Below, one piece after another: positions 51,924 to 61,827 of a DNA stretch of 64,000 nucleotides. The stretch spans positions 64,656 to 128,655 of the forward strand of contig JAUQWV010000003.1 in the NCBI GenBank assembly GCA_030834985.1. The letters run 5' to 3'. A program made the translations under genes and the position numbers. The notes beneath the pieces were generated by a model. That model did not search any database and was not told the origin of the DNA. It was given only the letters and a program-made list of their open reading frames with translations. Numbering within the stretch: position 1 is the first letter of the stretch; each line of letters begins with the position of its first letter. The DNA is from Candidatus Dojkabacteria bacterium (GTDB lineage Bacteria; Patescibacteriota; Dojkabacteria; J137).

Positions 51924-53681
51924 TTATTTTAAAATTTTAGGCCGCTCCATTGTACGGCCGTAATTAAAGTAATCTAAAAGATCTTCTAGAAAAAATGGTC
52001 TACCGTTATACTTAAGAACCTTTTCTTTAAAGTTGTATCCTGTTTCCTTTTTAATTAGTTGCCCTAGCTGTCCAAAATAATTATTCTCTATCAAAACTAC
52101 TCTTTTAAAGTTCTTCACTAATTTTTCAAATAATTCTGTCTTTAAAGGGAATAAATATTCATAATGTAGATATGTAAAGTCTAACTTACTATCTCCTTTT
52201 ACTAAATTTAGAAAATCTAAAATAGTATTTTTTGGACTACCCCAGCTTACTAACAATACATCACCCGATCTTTTACCGAATAATTGAGGGTCAGGTATTA
52301 CTTTTAATAGTCCAGTTTCTTTTTTCATACGTTTTTCAACCATAAGTTGAACTTCGGTTTCATCTTCAGTTAGCCTACCGTTAAAAAAATGTTCATCACT
52401 ATTTGCAATAAATGTTTTTTCTGAACTTCCAGGTAGCCATCTTGGCGAAATTCCACTTTTTGTTAACTGATATCTTTCAGAAGTTTTTGAATCATTAATT
52501 AATCCTCGCTCTATTACGATCTCTGCTGTAAACTTATTTCCTTGAAACATTGACTCGTTTACTTGTTTATCTGTTAAGACAATAACTGGGATTTGGAAAG
52601 TTTCTGCTATATTAAACGCTTTTTGTATTAAATAGTATGCTGATTCTATATCAGAAATGGCAACTACACATCGTACAAATTCACCATGCCCAGAATATAC
52701 TGCTAAATTAAGGTCTCCTGTTGCAGTCCAAGTGGGCAGCCCTGTCGCTGGACCAGGCCTTTGTCCTAAAACTATTACAAGTGGTATCTCGGTAATTGCA
52801 GCCATTGAAAGACTTTCTGTCATTAAATCAAACCCGCCACCGGAAGTTGCAACCAGCGCACGGCTGCCCATATGCATTGTTCCAAGAGCCATTTGAACTG
52901 CTGTAATCTCATCTTCTGCCTGCTTAACCACCATTCCCGTTTCTATTTCTAAATCTGCTAAAAATTCTAATATAGAAGAGGTAGGTGTCATTGGATACGA
53001 ATAATATGCACGGACTCCTGCTTTTACTGCTCCTAACGCAATTGCATTATTACCTAACATTAAAAAATCATCCTTAGGGTTTTCTTTTGTTGCAGAAGCT
53101 GGCAGATCAATTACTTCAGCATCTATTTCAAATTCGTATCCTGCTTGTAAAGCTGTAAAGTTTAAATCTAAGACTTTTTTATCTACATTTAAAACTTTGC
53201 CTAGAGCTTTTTGCGCAAATTCAATATCTACTTTTAATAATTTAATAGCTGCTCCTAATAGAATTGTATTTTGTACAAGACGATTTGCATTAATAGCTTT
53301 AATAATTGTAAAAACATCTATGTAAAAAACTTTAATGTTGTTTTTTTGTATCAGTAAAGCTTCCTCTTTATTTAGTGAAAATCGTATTACTGAATGAATC
53401 AGAACTCCATTCCGATTAAGCTCAGGCAGCATTTTATGTATGGCGGCTCTGCTTATGCATATAGCTAAATCAATATTTTTGCTTGAAGAATTAATCGGTA
53501 CACCCGAAAAATCTACTTGGTAAGAAGCAAAGCCGCCTTCAATAATCGAAGGATATTCTCTATACCCAAAGGTATAAAAACCTGAGTATTTTAGGGTATA
53601 TGCAAGTGCTTTACCTACAGAGTTAATACCTTGGCCAGATTCTCCACCTATTTTTATAGCACTCCTAAAGTTGTTATACAT
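51924..53681 (-). CDS. 2-oxoacid:ferredoxin oxidoreductase alpha (gamma-alpha fusion) subunit
   Basis: GGESGQG, YPMTP, QAEDEI, ATSGGG, QRPGPATGLPT. Confidence 0.93.
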   Translation of the reverse strand: MYNNFRSAIKIGGESGQGINSVGKALAYTLKYSGFYTFGYREYPSIIEGGFASYQVDFSGVPINSSSKNIDLAICISRAAIHKMLPELNRNGVLIHSVIRFSLNKEEALLIQKNNIKVFYIDVFTIIKAINANRLVQNTILLGAAIKLLKVDIEFAQKALGKVLNVDKKVLDLNFTALQAGYEFEIDAEVIDLPASATKENPKDDFLMLGNNAIALGAVKAGVRAYYSYPMTPTSSILEFLADLEIETGMVVKQAEDEITAVQMALGTMHMGSRALVATSGGGFDLMTESLSMAAITEIPLVIVLGQRPGPATGLPTWTATGDLNLAVYSGHGEFVRCVVAISDIESAYYLIQKAFNIAETFQIPVIVLTDKQVNESMFQGNKFTAEIVIERGLINDSKTSERYQLTKSGISPRWLPGSSEKTFIANSDEHFFNGRLTEDETEVQLMVEKRMKKETGLLKVIPDPQLFGKRSGDVLLVSWGSPKNTILDFLNLVKGDSKLDFTYLHYEYLFPLKTELFEKLVKNFKRVVLIENNYFGQLGQLIKKETGYNFKEKVLKYNGRPFFLEDLLDYFNYGRTMERPKILK

Positions 53682-54138
53682 AAGTTTGCTTAAGCTTTAG
53701 AAAAAAATCTTCCCGCCAATCCTTTATCACTGTATCAACTTGGTCAAAAGGATCACCGTCAATTTTCAAAATACTGCCGATTTTTTTACCCCCTCTTTTG
53801 ATAAATAAATCCTCTAAAATTTCAATTCCATGGCAGAATAAAACTTCTTCGTATCTGTGGTCCCCTAAGCCAACAAAACCCGCATACTTTTTATCTAAAT
53901 TAAGATTTTTCATCTCGCTTACAAGCTTATCAAAATATGGATTGATAATGCCGTGGTTCCAAGTAGAAGTTCCGAATAGAAAATGAGTATTGTTTTTTAC
54001 TACAGAGATATCTGTAAGTTCAGCTCTACAAAGTGCAACCTTAACCTTTCTTTTTTGCAAATATTCTGCAATTTTCTCAACAACAAACTCAGTATTGCCT
54101 AAAGTTGAGGCGTAGATTATTTGTACGGTTATTTCCAT
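53674..54138 (-). CDS. Flavodoxin
   Basis: YASTLGNTE, TSTWNHG, GLGD..Y..FC. Confidence 0.9.
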   Translation of the reverse strand: MEITVQIIYASTLGNTEFVVEKIAEYLQKRKVKVALCRAELTDISVVKNNTHFLFGTSTWNHGIINPYFDKLVSEMKNLNLDKKYAGFVGLGDHRYEEVLFCHGIEILEDLFIKRGGKKIGSILKIDGDPFDQVDTVIKDWREDFFLKLKQTYV

Positions 54139-54165
54139 AAGAATATTATTCCTGGATTACCGACT

Positions 54166-55389
54166 TTAGTAAAGCTTTTTATTGCGTAAAAATTCAGCAA
54201 GATAACTGCGGGATTCGTATTTATGCTTAAATTCCGTAGCTAATTCCACTCCGATCCATCTGTAATGCCAAGGTTCGTAGATATATCCAGTTACATTATC
54301 CTTACCTGGAGCGTAAGACATTACAAAGCCGTAATTATGAGCGTTTTCCTTAAGCCATTGCCAGAAGACCTCGTTTGAATAGCACATAGTTTCAATACCA
54401 ATACAATCCAGTGAAGATATGTCAGCAGTTGTTCCAAGCTGATGCTCTGAGAATCCAGGTAAAGCAGAATAACTATTAGCATCGCTTTCTGCTTGAGCTC
54501 TACTTTTACCAAAGCCCATTTCGTACTGTACCCAAACTTCGTATACATTTTGCTGGTCTGTATAAGATCTATATGCAGAAGTTAGCCTCATATTGTAGCC
54601 CGCATTAGTTGCCGCAGAATATAAATCTAGTAAATCTGAGTAAGCTATAACCGCAAATCTTTGTGCTCCTGGAACTCCATCTGCATTAATCACTTCGATT
54701 GCATAGTCAGCTCTTAATCTGTGAAGCTTATCTGCAGGATAGAATGTACAGTCTGTACAAGTCGCCTCCTCTGGTACAGTAGGAGGAACATATTTAGCAC
54801 AAAGATTTGCTTTAAATTCAGCAGTATTAGTTAATATATAGTTCTTTGTTGTTAAATTGTAGGTAATAGGTAATTCATTATAGAAGTTACAATTTGACAT
54901 AAACACTTCTGCATAACCTATATTTATTAGGTTTGCTTGCGCTGTAAACTCATCTTCCTGACCTAAGGCTATATTCTCTAATGCTAAACCTTCCAAAAGT
55001 GCAGCATCTGTATCCTTAGCGATTTCAGTAAGCACTAAAGTCAGCTGCGTTTGTAAAAATTCTTTAAGCTGTTCAATAGTTAAACCTCCAGTGAAAGTAT
55101 ATTCAGGAGTAGGATTAATAACTTGGTTTGATTGTGTTAGTGGAAGTCTAAAACTCTGTATACCGAGAACTCTTTTAGTGTCTACGTTATATCCAGGATT
55201 TCCTGGGATAATATATTTTTTACCCTCAATAAAATTTGGATCTGATACTTGAAGTTTTTCAAACTCAATTTTAGAGTATTCACTTTCAGCCGAAATTCGA
55301 TAGCTTAAAAATACCGCCAGAAAACTGCCTGCAATTACTGCAGCAAAAAGTATTGCGGTAGTCAAAAAGACAAACTTATGTTTTTTCAT
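54166..55389 (-). CDS. Membrane-anchored M15B (VanY-like) D,D-carboxypeptidase
   Basis: SAYRS, SEHQLG..D, YEPWHYRW. Confidence 0.88.
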   Translation of the reverse strand: MKKHKFVFLTTAILFAAVIAGSFLAVFLSYRISAESEYSKIEFEKLQVSDPNFIEGKKYIIPGNPGYNVDTKRVLGIQSFRLPLTQSNQVINPTPEYTFTGGLTIEQLKEFLQTQLTLVLTEIAKDTDAALLEGLALENIALGQEDEFTAQANLINIGYAEVFMSNCNFYNELPITYNLTTKNYILTNTAEFKANLCAKYVPPTVPEEATCTDCTFYPADKLHRLRADYAIEVINADGVPGAQRFAVIAYSDLLDLYSAATNAGYNMRLTSAYRSYTDQQNVYEVWVQYEMGFGKSRAQAESDANSYSALPGFSEHQLGTTADISSLDCIGIETMCYSNEVFWQWLKENAHNYGFVMSYAPGKDNVTGYIYEPWHYRWIGVELATEFKHKYESRSYLAEFLRNKKLY

Positions 55390-55393
55390 AGGC

Positions 55394-56467
55394 TTACTTG
55401 CCTCTTACGATATCTACTAATCGAGTTAAACCTCGTTCACGAGTCATTATAGTCCTTAGATAATCTTTATTCGACTGATTTTGATATCTTGCTCTTAAAT
55501 TTTTATCTTCCATTTTCTCTATTTCTGCTTCAACTTCTGGTTCTGTAGCAACTAAACCTTCTTTCACAGCTAAATTTACAAGCAAAAGATCACTAGAGAT
55601 CCTCTGCTTTGCATCTTTTTCCCAATGCCCTCGCATCTCTTCTATTGTTGTACCTTGAGTTTTTATATAATTTTCAATGCTTAATTTAATTTGTCTTAGT
55701 CTTGCTTTAAAATCTTCTTCTAACCCTGCAACTTGGTCATCTATCATTTCGTGCGGTACATGAAAGTCAGCAATTTTAATTGCTTCTTCTAAAACTTTAC
55801 TTGTAAATTCACTTTCAGATTGCTGTTTTTTTAAGCTTTCAAGAGCTTCCTTTACATTCGCCTTTAGTTCACTTACGGTTTTAGTGCCATCATAGTTTAA
55901 TTCAGCTACCAGCTCATCTGTTATTTCAAAGTCTACTTGTTTATCTGGATCCTCCTCTTTTGTATCTACATCTTTTTTAGTAGCTTTTTTGGCCGGAATC
56001 TTATCGGCAGGCAAATTGTTTTTAATCATATTTTTTATAACCTCTTCAATTTCTTTTTCATCAACCTCACTATTGGGTTCCTCTACTTTAATTTTTTTAA
56101 AGTCTTCTGGATTAATCTCTGGCTGAGTTATAACTTCAAAGGTGAAAATAACACCTTTTTCTTTATCCAATTCTTTTAAGTCATAATGTAAGTGAGAAAT
56201 TGGAGATAAATTCTCCTTTACTAAAACTGCCTCTGCATAAGTTGGAAGAAGTTCGTTGACAGCGTGACTAAAAACCTTAGATGCAACTTCTTTTTCTACC
56301 ATTTCTTTAGGAGCCTGACCCGGTCTAAAGCCTGGTACTTTTATTTTTTTTGCTTCATGCTCATAAGCATGATCTTCGTATTTTTGATAATCAGAATAAT
56401 CAACAGTAACTTGATAAACAAGCTTATTTCTATCTGTTTCAAGTCTTTTGAAATTTAAGTTATCCAT
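55394..56467 (-). CDS. tig: Trigger factor lacking the FKBP domain
   Basis: VPGFRPGQAP ribosome-binding motif; short linker runs straight into the C-terminal domain. Confidence 0.9.
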   Translation of the reverse strand: MDNLNFKRLETDRNKLVYQVTVDYSDYQKYEDHAYEHEAKKIKVPGFRPGQAPKEMVEKEVASKVFSHAVNELLPTYAEAVLVKENLSPISHLHYDLKELDKEKGVIFTFEVITQPEINPEDFKKIKVEEPNSEVDEKEIEEVIKNMIKNNLPADKIPAKKATKKDVDTKEEDPDKQVDFEITDELVAELNYDGTKTVSELKANVKEALESLKKQQSESEFTSKVLEEAIKIADFHVPHEMIDDQVAGLEEDFKARLRQIKLSIENYIKTQGTTIEEMRGHWEKDAKQRISSDLLLVNLAVKEGLVATEPEVEAEIEKMEDKNLRARYQNQSNKDYLRTIMTRERGLTRLVDIVRGK

Positions 56468-56534
56468 TAGGATTGTGTAATATCTAAGCAGGGCAATGAT
56501 ACCATAGAATCACGATAATCGCCATATAGCTATA

Positions 56535-56597
56535 AAATTAGGCACGTTTGATTGACTTTCAGCTAACGAGCTGACGGAACAAAAACGTGCCTAATTT
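56535..56597. repeat. 15-bp perfect inverted repeat with an inner hairpin
   Basis: AAATTAGGCACGTTT...AAACGTGCCTAATTT enclosing TCAGCT-AACG-AGCTGA. Confidence 0.75.
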
Positions 56598-56601
56598 ATA
56601 T

Positions 56602-56964
56602 TTAATAATCGTCGTCGCTATAGGGATTATCTATATCAAAACTTTCATCCATATCAAGGAAGATATCTTCATCCTTGAAATTTAAATCTTCGTCTATCCA
56701 ATCATCTTCACCATCTTCATCTGAGTCAATTGCTACTTTTGCAGATGCTTTTTTGAAGTCTTCATCCTCACCTGAGCCTTCTGCATCACTTACCTGAATA
56801 TCGCCCATGCTGTAAGTTACATCATCGGCCGCTGGGGCATCTACAACTGGTTCTGGAGCTGAAAAGCTACTGTCGTAAGAAGAATCATCACTTGTTGAGG
56901 CTTTTCTTCGCCTTACAGTCTTTCTTTCTGAAAGATCTGTATTAAGTTTTTTAGTTCTTGCCAT
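56602..56964 (-). CDS. Low-complexity protein: basic N-terminus, very acidic remainder
   Basis: MARTKK..RKTVRRRK, then D/E/S-rich. Confidence 0.7.
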   Translation of the reverse strand: MARTKKLNTDLSERKTVRRRKASTSDDSSYDSSFSAPEPVVDAPAADDVTYSMGDIQVSDAEGSGEDEDFKKASAKVAIDSDEDGEDDWIDEDLNFKDEDIFLDMDESFDIDNPYSDDDY

Positions 56965-57002
56965 ATTTTTCTTTTTTGTAATATTTACGAATTACTTGCG
57001 GG

Positions 57003-57031
57003 AATATAAACCATATTCCAAGTCTTGTCAA
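57003..57031 (-). promoter_or_regulatory. Near-consensus sigma70 promoter TTGACA-17-TATATT
   Basis: Exact 17-nt spacer, about 40 nt upstream of ATG 56964. Confidence 0.75.
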
Positions 57032-57068
57032 TTGGCGGGTATAGTATAGCGTAGTCTGGGCAATATTT

Positions 57069-58154
57069 CTATTTATTACCCAATATGCGTAAAAGCTTTT
57101 TTGCAGAGCTTTTCCAGGAATAAGTGTCAAAAAGTTTTGGCTTGGGTTCAAACTTTTTATTACTAATAACATTCATTGCTCTGCCTACTTTAATTGGGTT
57201 TGAAGTTTCTTCTACATACATGGCAGAAATATCCAATTCTTTATACGCAGGAATATCTGATGCTAGAACAAGCTTTTTCCTGGCATTAGCTTCAATTAAA
57301 GGCAGCCCAAAACCTTCGTAGTAGCTTAGCGAAACTACAAAATGCGATAAATCGTATATTACAGGAAGATCTTCATCAGGCACGTATCCTAGAAATAAGA
57401 TCAAATCCTGCAAGTCGTATTCTTTAACTACTTCAAAGATTTCATCGTAAAACCACCCTTTTTTGCCAACTATTACAAATTTATAATCCGGTTCTGTTCT
57501 CAAGAACTCACTAAAGCCTAAAATAGCATTAATTAAATTCTTTCTAGGTTCCAATGTACCAACACTTAAGACGTATTTTGAAGGTAGTTTATACTTCTCA
57601 ATAACAGCCTCTTTTTCTACTTTTGAATATTCTGCAAAAGTCCAGTCGTGTAAACCTTCTGTTACAACAAAAACTTTAGATCTAACTAACTTAAATTTAG
57701 ATTCGATATCCCTCTTTACAGCTTTTGATGGCGTAATTACTATTCCACCAAAACGTAAAAGCCAATTAAGTTCTATTCTATAAAAGATATTGCCCTTTTT
57801 AGGAAAGAACTTAGGATACAGAACCTGGCCGATATCATGAACAATAGTGACACAGTTTCTTAAAACACAGCCCCAAAACAGATTTGAAGGTGAAATAAAA
57901 TAATCTAGTTCTAATTCTCTGATAGGCCTAAGGCATCTGAGCATCCATTTAAGGTTACCGGAAGGTGCCTTTATTTGAATAATAGAGAAATTCTCCGGCA
58001 ACCTTAAACCCTTAAGCAAATTGCCGTCGTGAGTAATCAAAAAATATTCATTTTTCCCGTCAACTTCGGCTAGTGCTTTTATCAAGCTATGCGCATAGTA
58101 GCCGATTCCAGCTTTGTTGACATCTATCATTGATACATCTATTCCGATTCGCAT
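57069..58154 (-). CDS. Glycosyltransferase family 4
   Basis: AGIGYY, VHD, VGTLEPRKN, EGFGLPLIEA. Confidence 0.92.
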   Translation of the reverse strand: MRIGIDVSMIDVNKAGIGYYAHSLIKALAEVDGKNEYFLITHDGNLLKGLRLPENFSIIQIKAPSGNLKWMLRCLRPIRELELDYFISPSNLFWGCVLRNCVTIVHDIGQVLYPKFFPKKGNIFYRIELNWLLRFGGIVITPSKAVKRDIESKFKLVRSKVFVVTEGLHDWTFAEYSKVEKEAVIEKYKLPSKYVLSVGTLEPRKNLINAILGFSEFLRTEPDYKFVIVGKKGWFYDEIFEVVKEYDLQDLILFLGYVPDEDLPVIYDLSHFVVSLSYYEGFGLPLIEANARKKLVLASDIPAYKELDISAMYVEETSNPIKVGRAMNVISNKKFEPKPKLFDTYSWKSSAKKLLRILGNK

Positions 58155-58211
58155 ACGAATAATCTAATTAATCAATTATACTTTAGAATTTTCCCTGTTA
58201 AAATTACAAAT

Positions 58212-59294
58212 ATGCTTAAATATTTATCTGCTAAAAATTACAGAAATATTAACAATTTTGAGGCCCAAATTGGAGAAAAAGGGAATCTGATTATTGCACC
58301 CAACGGCAGCGGAAAAACCAATCTTTTAGAAGCAATTTACTACTCTGTTTTTGGAGAATCGTTTAAACCTATTAACACTCACTCAGAAATTATTGGCCCT
58401 GACGAAGAATTTGCTAAAGTCTTAACCAAGTGGGATTTAGATACACTTGAAGTTACAGTATCTGACACTAATAAATTAAATAGAAATTTCAAACTCAACC
58501 AGAAAAAGACAATGCTTTCTAAAATCAGCAGCAAGTTCCCTATTATTCTTTTTGCTCCGCATAGTGTTGATATAGTTATAGGGGAACCAGCACTGCGTAG
58601 GAACGATTTAAACGCGTTTTTAAGTATATTAAATAGCGACTATAAAAAGCTTATTTCGCAATATAATATAATTTTAAAAAACCGTAATGCGGTTATAAAA
58701 CAAGTTAGAGAAGGCAAGGTTCCCGAAACTATGATAGACTATTGGACTGAAAAACTAGTGAACCTTGCCTATGAAATTTTTAGTGCTAGAGCCGATTTTT
58801 TTACTAAGGTCAAAGATTTTTTTGCCGATGCTCAAAAAGTTTTATTTGGTATTGAGCATTATTCGCTAGATATTGAGTATCTGCCTAACGTAAATCCAAC
58901 CGAATTAAGCTTTAAAGAAACTCTAGAAGCTAAATATATAAACAATAGAAGTAAAGAGATTATTGTTGGCAAAACATTATATGGAGTCCATAAAGACGAC
59001 TACCGTATTGTATTAAATGAAGATGACTTAAAGTATAAAGGCTCACGTGGCCAGCAAAGAATTGGTATTAGTGTTCTAAAATTTGCACAGCTATTACTTT
59101 ATTATCAAACCTACAAAACCTATCCACTTTTACTATTAGACGACATTATGTCTGAATTAGACGATAACAATAGATTGAAAATTGCTAATTATCTACTTGA
59201 AAAGGATCTGCAGTTTATATTAACCTCCGCAGAAAATAAGGAAGTGCCGGACTTATTAAAAGAAAGTTCTACCTTTCTTCAAATAGGAGAATAA
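58212..59294 (+). CDS. recF: DNA replication/repair protein RecF
   Basis: NYRN, PNGSGKTNLLEA, G.PALRR, GVHKDD, GSRGQQR, LLLLDDIMSELD. Confidence 0.93.
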   Translation: MLKYLSAKNYRNINNFEAQIGEKGNLIIAPNGSGKTNLLEAIYYSVFGESFKPINTHSEIIGPDEEFAKVLTKWDLDTLEVTVSDTNKLNRNFKLNQKKTMLSKISSKFPIILFAPHSVDIVIGEPALRRNDLNAFLSILNSDYKKLISQYNIILKNRNAVIKQVREGKVPETMIDYWTEKLVNLAYEIFSARADFFTKVKDFFADAQKVLFGIEHYSLDIEYLPNVNPTELSFKETLEAKYINNRSKEIIVGKTLYGVHKDDYRIVLNEDDLKYKGSRGQQRIGISVLKFAQLLLYYQTYKTYPLLLLDDIMSELDDNNRLKIANYLLEKDLQFILTSAENKEVPDLLKESSTFLQIGE

Positions 59295-59637
59295 AATCTT
59301 CAATCGTTTCAACCTCTTCTAAAGTCATATAGACTTCTAAGATCTCTTCGCTAATAATCTCTTCTACCTCACTAAATTTTTTTAATTCGTCTGTATTCAT
59401 ATCTGATTTTATTGATGATTTTTTAGTATTTAAAACACCGTCCACTGGGCTATTTACCTGAAAAACGTAAATATTTTTACAATTAGTACATTCAAGCTTA
59501 CATACAATTTTTTCAATATCTACATTTACTACCTCTAAATCTCCTTTTAGGTGCTTATGACCGCACTTATCGCAATAATGTGGCATCAGTGAAGCTATTT
59601 GCTGCATAAGTTGTGGATTTGGGAAAACTTTTGGCAT
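59269..59637 (-). CDS. Hypothetical zinc-ribbon protein
   Basis: CDKC...CTNC. Confidence 0.65.
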   Translation of the reverse strand: MPKVFPNPQLMQQIASLMPHYCDKCGHKHLKGDLEVVNVDIEKIVCKLECTNCKNIYVFQVNSPVDGVLNTKKSSIKSDMNTDELKKFSEVEEIISEEILEVYMTLEEVETIEDFILLFEER

Positions 59638-59746
59638 TACTTAAATTAATAAAAAAATATTAAAGTTAGCAAGCAAATTATATACCTGCTAATGCGTTTT
59701 ATCAATATAAGATCGTTAAAACCTTTTGCCAGTAAGCACATTTTAG

Positions 59747-60106
59747 CTATACAGCTAAACTTACAAATTCAAAGTGCTCTATTTTAAAACCATTGCCTAT
59801 ATCTACTATACCAACAAAGTCAAATCTCCATAAAGAATTTTGTAAGTTATTTTTATAAAGCCAGCTATTTATAGATCTTAAAAGCCTTCTTTTCTTTGTA
59901 ATAGTTAAAGTAGAATAAATATCACGATCTTGGCTAAATCTTAAGCTTTTAACTTCAATAAAAACAATAAAATCACCATCCTTCATTATTAAATCTATCT
60001 CTCCAGCTTTAAAGAAGGAGTTTTTGCCCACAAATTTATACCCTTTTTTGAGCAAAAACTCCTTAGCCATCTCTTCTGCTTTTCGCCCTTTTGATCGTGT
60101 ATCCAT
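59747..60106 (-). CDS. YraN-family (UPF0102) nuclease-like protein
   Basis: G..AE..A..FL..KGY, GEIDLI, FIEVK, RFD. Confidence 0.88.
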   Translation of the reverse strand: MDTRSKGRKAEEMAKEFLLKKGYKFVGKNSFFKAGEIDLIMKDGDFIVFIEVKSLRFSQDRDIYSTLTITKKRRLLRSINSWLYKNNLQNSLWRFDFVGIVDIGNGFKIEHFEFVSLAV

Positions 60107-60183
60107 TGGCAGATTATAACCAAAAGTTTTTATTATTGTTAAATTAGGTATAAGATGTACTAAATATCTTTTAAATATATTCT

Positions 60184-60579
60184 ATGAGTTTTCAAACAAA
60201 CATCTCATCAAAAACTGTCGAAAATGACTTTTTTAGGCAGGTTGTCTTTACTGGTACAAAATCTCAACTGGTAGTAATGTCTCTAAATGCAGGAGAAGAT
60301 ATTGGTGAAGAAGTACACGAACATGTTGAGCAGTACCTTTTCAATTATTCAGGCCAAGGAAAAGCAGTCTTAGACGGTGTAGAAAGTGACTTTAATCCAG
60401 GTGATGTTGTTATTGTCAGCCCTGGAGTAAAGCATAATATTATTAATACAGGTACAGATAAATTAAAGGTATACACTATTTACGTACCTGCTAACCATAT
60501 AGATGGTAGAGTCCATAAGACTAAAGCTGACGCTATGGCCGATACAGAAGATGAGGAATTTGGCCACAAAGTGATGTAA
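60184..60579 (+). CDS. Cupin domain protein
   Basis: QLVVMSL..GEDIGEEVH, G.G, PGVKHNIIN. Confidence 0.88.
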   Translation: MSFQTNISSKTVENDFFRQVVFTGTKSQLVVMSLNAGEDIGEEVHEHVEQYLFNYSGQGKAVLDGVESDFNPGDVVIVSPGVKHNIINTGTDKLKVYTIYVPANHIDGRVHKTKADAMADTEDEEFGHKVM

Positions 60580-60585
60580 AGCCTC

Positions 60586-60852
60586 TTATTTTCTTCTTTC
60601 AACAACAATTGAACAGTTTGTAAGTACAGCAGCTAGTGCTCCTACGGCAGCCAAATAAGGAGCTAAAAGTATACCTACAACGCCTAATGTAACTGGGATT
60701 TCTAGTACCGAAACTTCTTTTTCGTTTTTGATTATTATCCTTCTTGCATTACCCTCTTTAATAATCTCTTTAACCTTTTTTACAACCTCGTCACCAGTTA
60801 GTTTAAATTCCTCTGTTGTTGTTTGTTCAGAAGTAGCTTTAGTATCATCCAT
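60586..60852 (-). CDS. DUF4342-family protein
   Basis: KVKEIIKEGNARRIIIK...EIPVT.G. Confidence 0.8.
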   Translation of the reverse strand: MDDTKATSEQTTTEEFKLTGDEVVKKVKEIIKEGNARRIIIKNEKEVSVLEIPVTLGVVGILLAPYLAAVGALAAVLTNCSIVVERRK

Positions 60853-60910
60853 AAAAACATATTTAAAATGTAAGTATTAATATTATCGCATACAGTTTCA
60901 ATAGAAAACT

Positions 60911-60936
60911 AAAAGCTCCCCTAAAGGGGAGCTTTT
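60911..60936 (-). terminator. Terminator of the r-protein operon
   Basis: AAAAGCTCCCC-TAAA-GGGGAGCTTTT. Confidence 0.85.
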
Positions 60937-60957
60937 AAATTCTCTATTATTCTTATA

Positions 60958-61356
60958 TTAACGCTTTGAGTACTGCTCTGCTTTTCTAGCTTTTCTTAAA
61001 CCAGGTTTCTTTCTTTCTACCATTCTTGGATCTCTTTTTAGTAAACCTGCATCTTTCAAAACCTTCTTCTTTTCTGGAAATCTTTTTATAATAGCTCTAG
61101 AAATAGCTAATCTAATTGCATCTACTTGGGATTGAACTCCACCACCTTTTGTTACAGCAGTGTAGCTCACTCCATCTGTATCTAGCTCTGCTACTCTAAA
61201 TGGCTCTTCAATTCTAACTTGTTCTGGCTTTAATGGATAAACTTGTTCAACTGGTTTTGTATTTATAGTGCTTTTACCTTTCTTTAAGAAAAGTCTTACA
61301 GTTGCTACAGAAGTTTTTCTTCTACCTAGTGCGTAATAATATTCTAATTCAGCCAT
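60958..61356 (-). CDS. rpsI: 30S ribosomal protein S9
   Basis: GRRKTSVA, GGG, RDPRMVERKKPG...QYSKR. Confidence 0.97.
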   Translation of the reverse strand: MAELEYYYALGRRKTSVATVRLFLKKGKSTINTKPVEQVYPLKPEQVRIEEPFRVAELDTDGVSYTAVTKGGGVQSQVDAIRLAISRAIIKRFPEKKKVLKDAGLLKRDPRMVERKKPGLRKARKAEQYSKR

Positions 61357-61365
61357 ATTTATAAA

Positions 61366-61812
61366 TTAAATTCTTATATTTCTAATATCTAATTTTTCAA
61401 TTTCCTGTGGTGTATGAGGGTGATTCTCATCTGCATACACTTTTAGGTTATTAAACATATCGTCTCCCCTTTTATTCTTAGGTAACATTCCTTTTACAGC
61501 AATTTCAATTGGCCTTTCTGGATGTTTGGTAAAAGTTTCTTCTAAGTTAGTAAACTTTAAACCGCCTGGAAATCCAGAATAGTTCTTATAGAATTTGCTC
61601 ATTCCTCTTTTAAATGTAAAGTCTATATTTTTAGCATTAATAACAACTACTTTATTTAAAGGTTTATGATACCTCCGTACTAAAGGATTATTCTTGCCTT
61701 GCAATACCTCTGCAACTTTAGATGCTAAATTACCAATTCGCATTCCAGAAGCATCAACAAGATACCATTTTTCTTTAATATCAGATTGTTTAATTTGTGT
61801 TACGCTCTTCAT
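61366..61812 (-). CDS. rplM: 50S ribosomal protein L13
   Basis: WYLVDA, SGFPGG, AVKGMLPKN, HPH. Confidence 0.96.
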   Translation of the reverse strand: MKSVTQIKQSDIKEKWYLVDASGMRIGNLASKVAEVLQGKNNPLVRRYHKPLNKVVVINAKNIDFTFKRGMSKFYKNYSGFPGGLKFTNLEETFTKHPERPIEIAVKGMLPKNKRGDDMFNNLKVYADENHPHTPQEIEKLDIRNIRI

Positions 61813-61827
61813 AATTTAATTATAAAA

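Noticed and set aside
56535-56597. SRP (4.5S) RNA
   Set aside because: A long hairpin, but it lacks the CAGG...GNRA...AGCA helix-8 signature on either strand.
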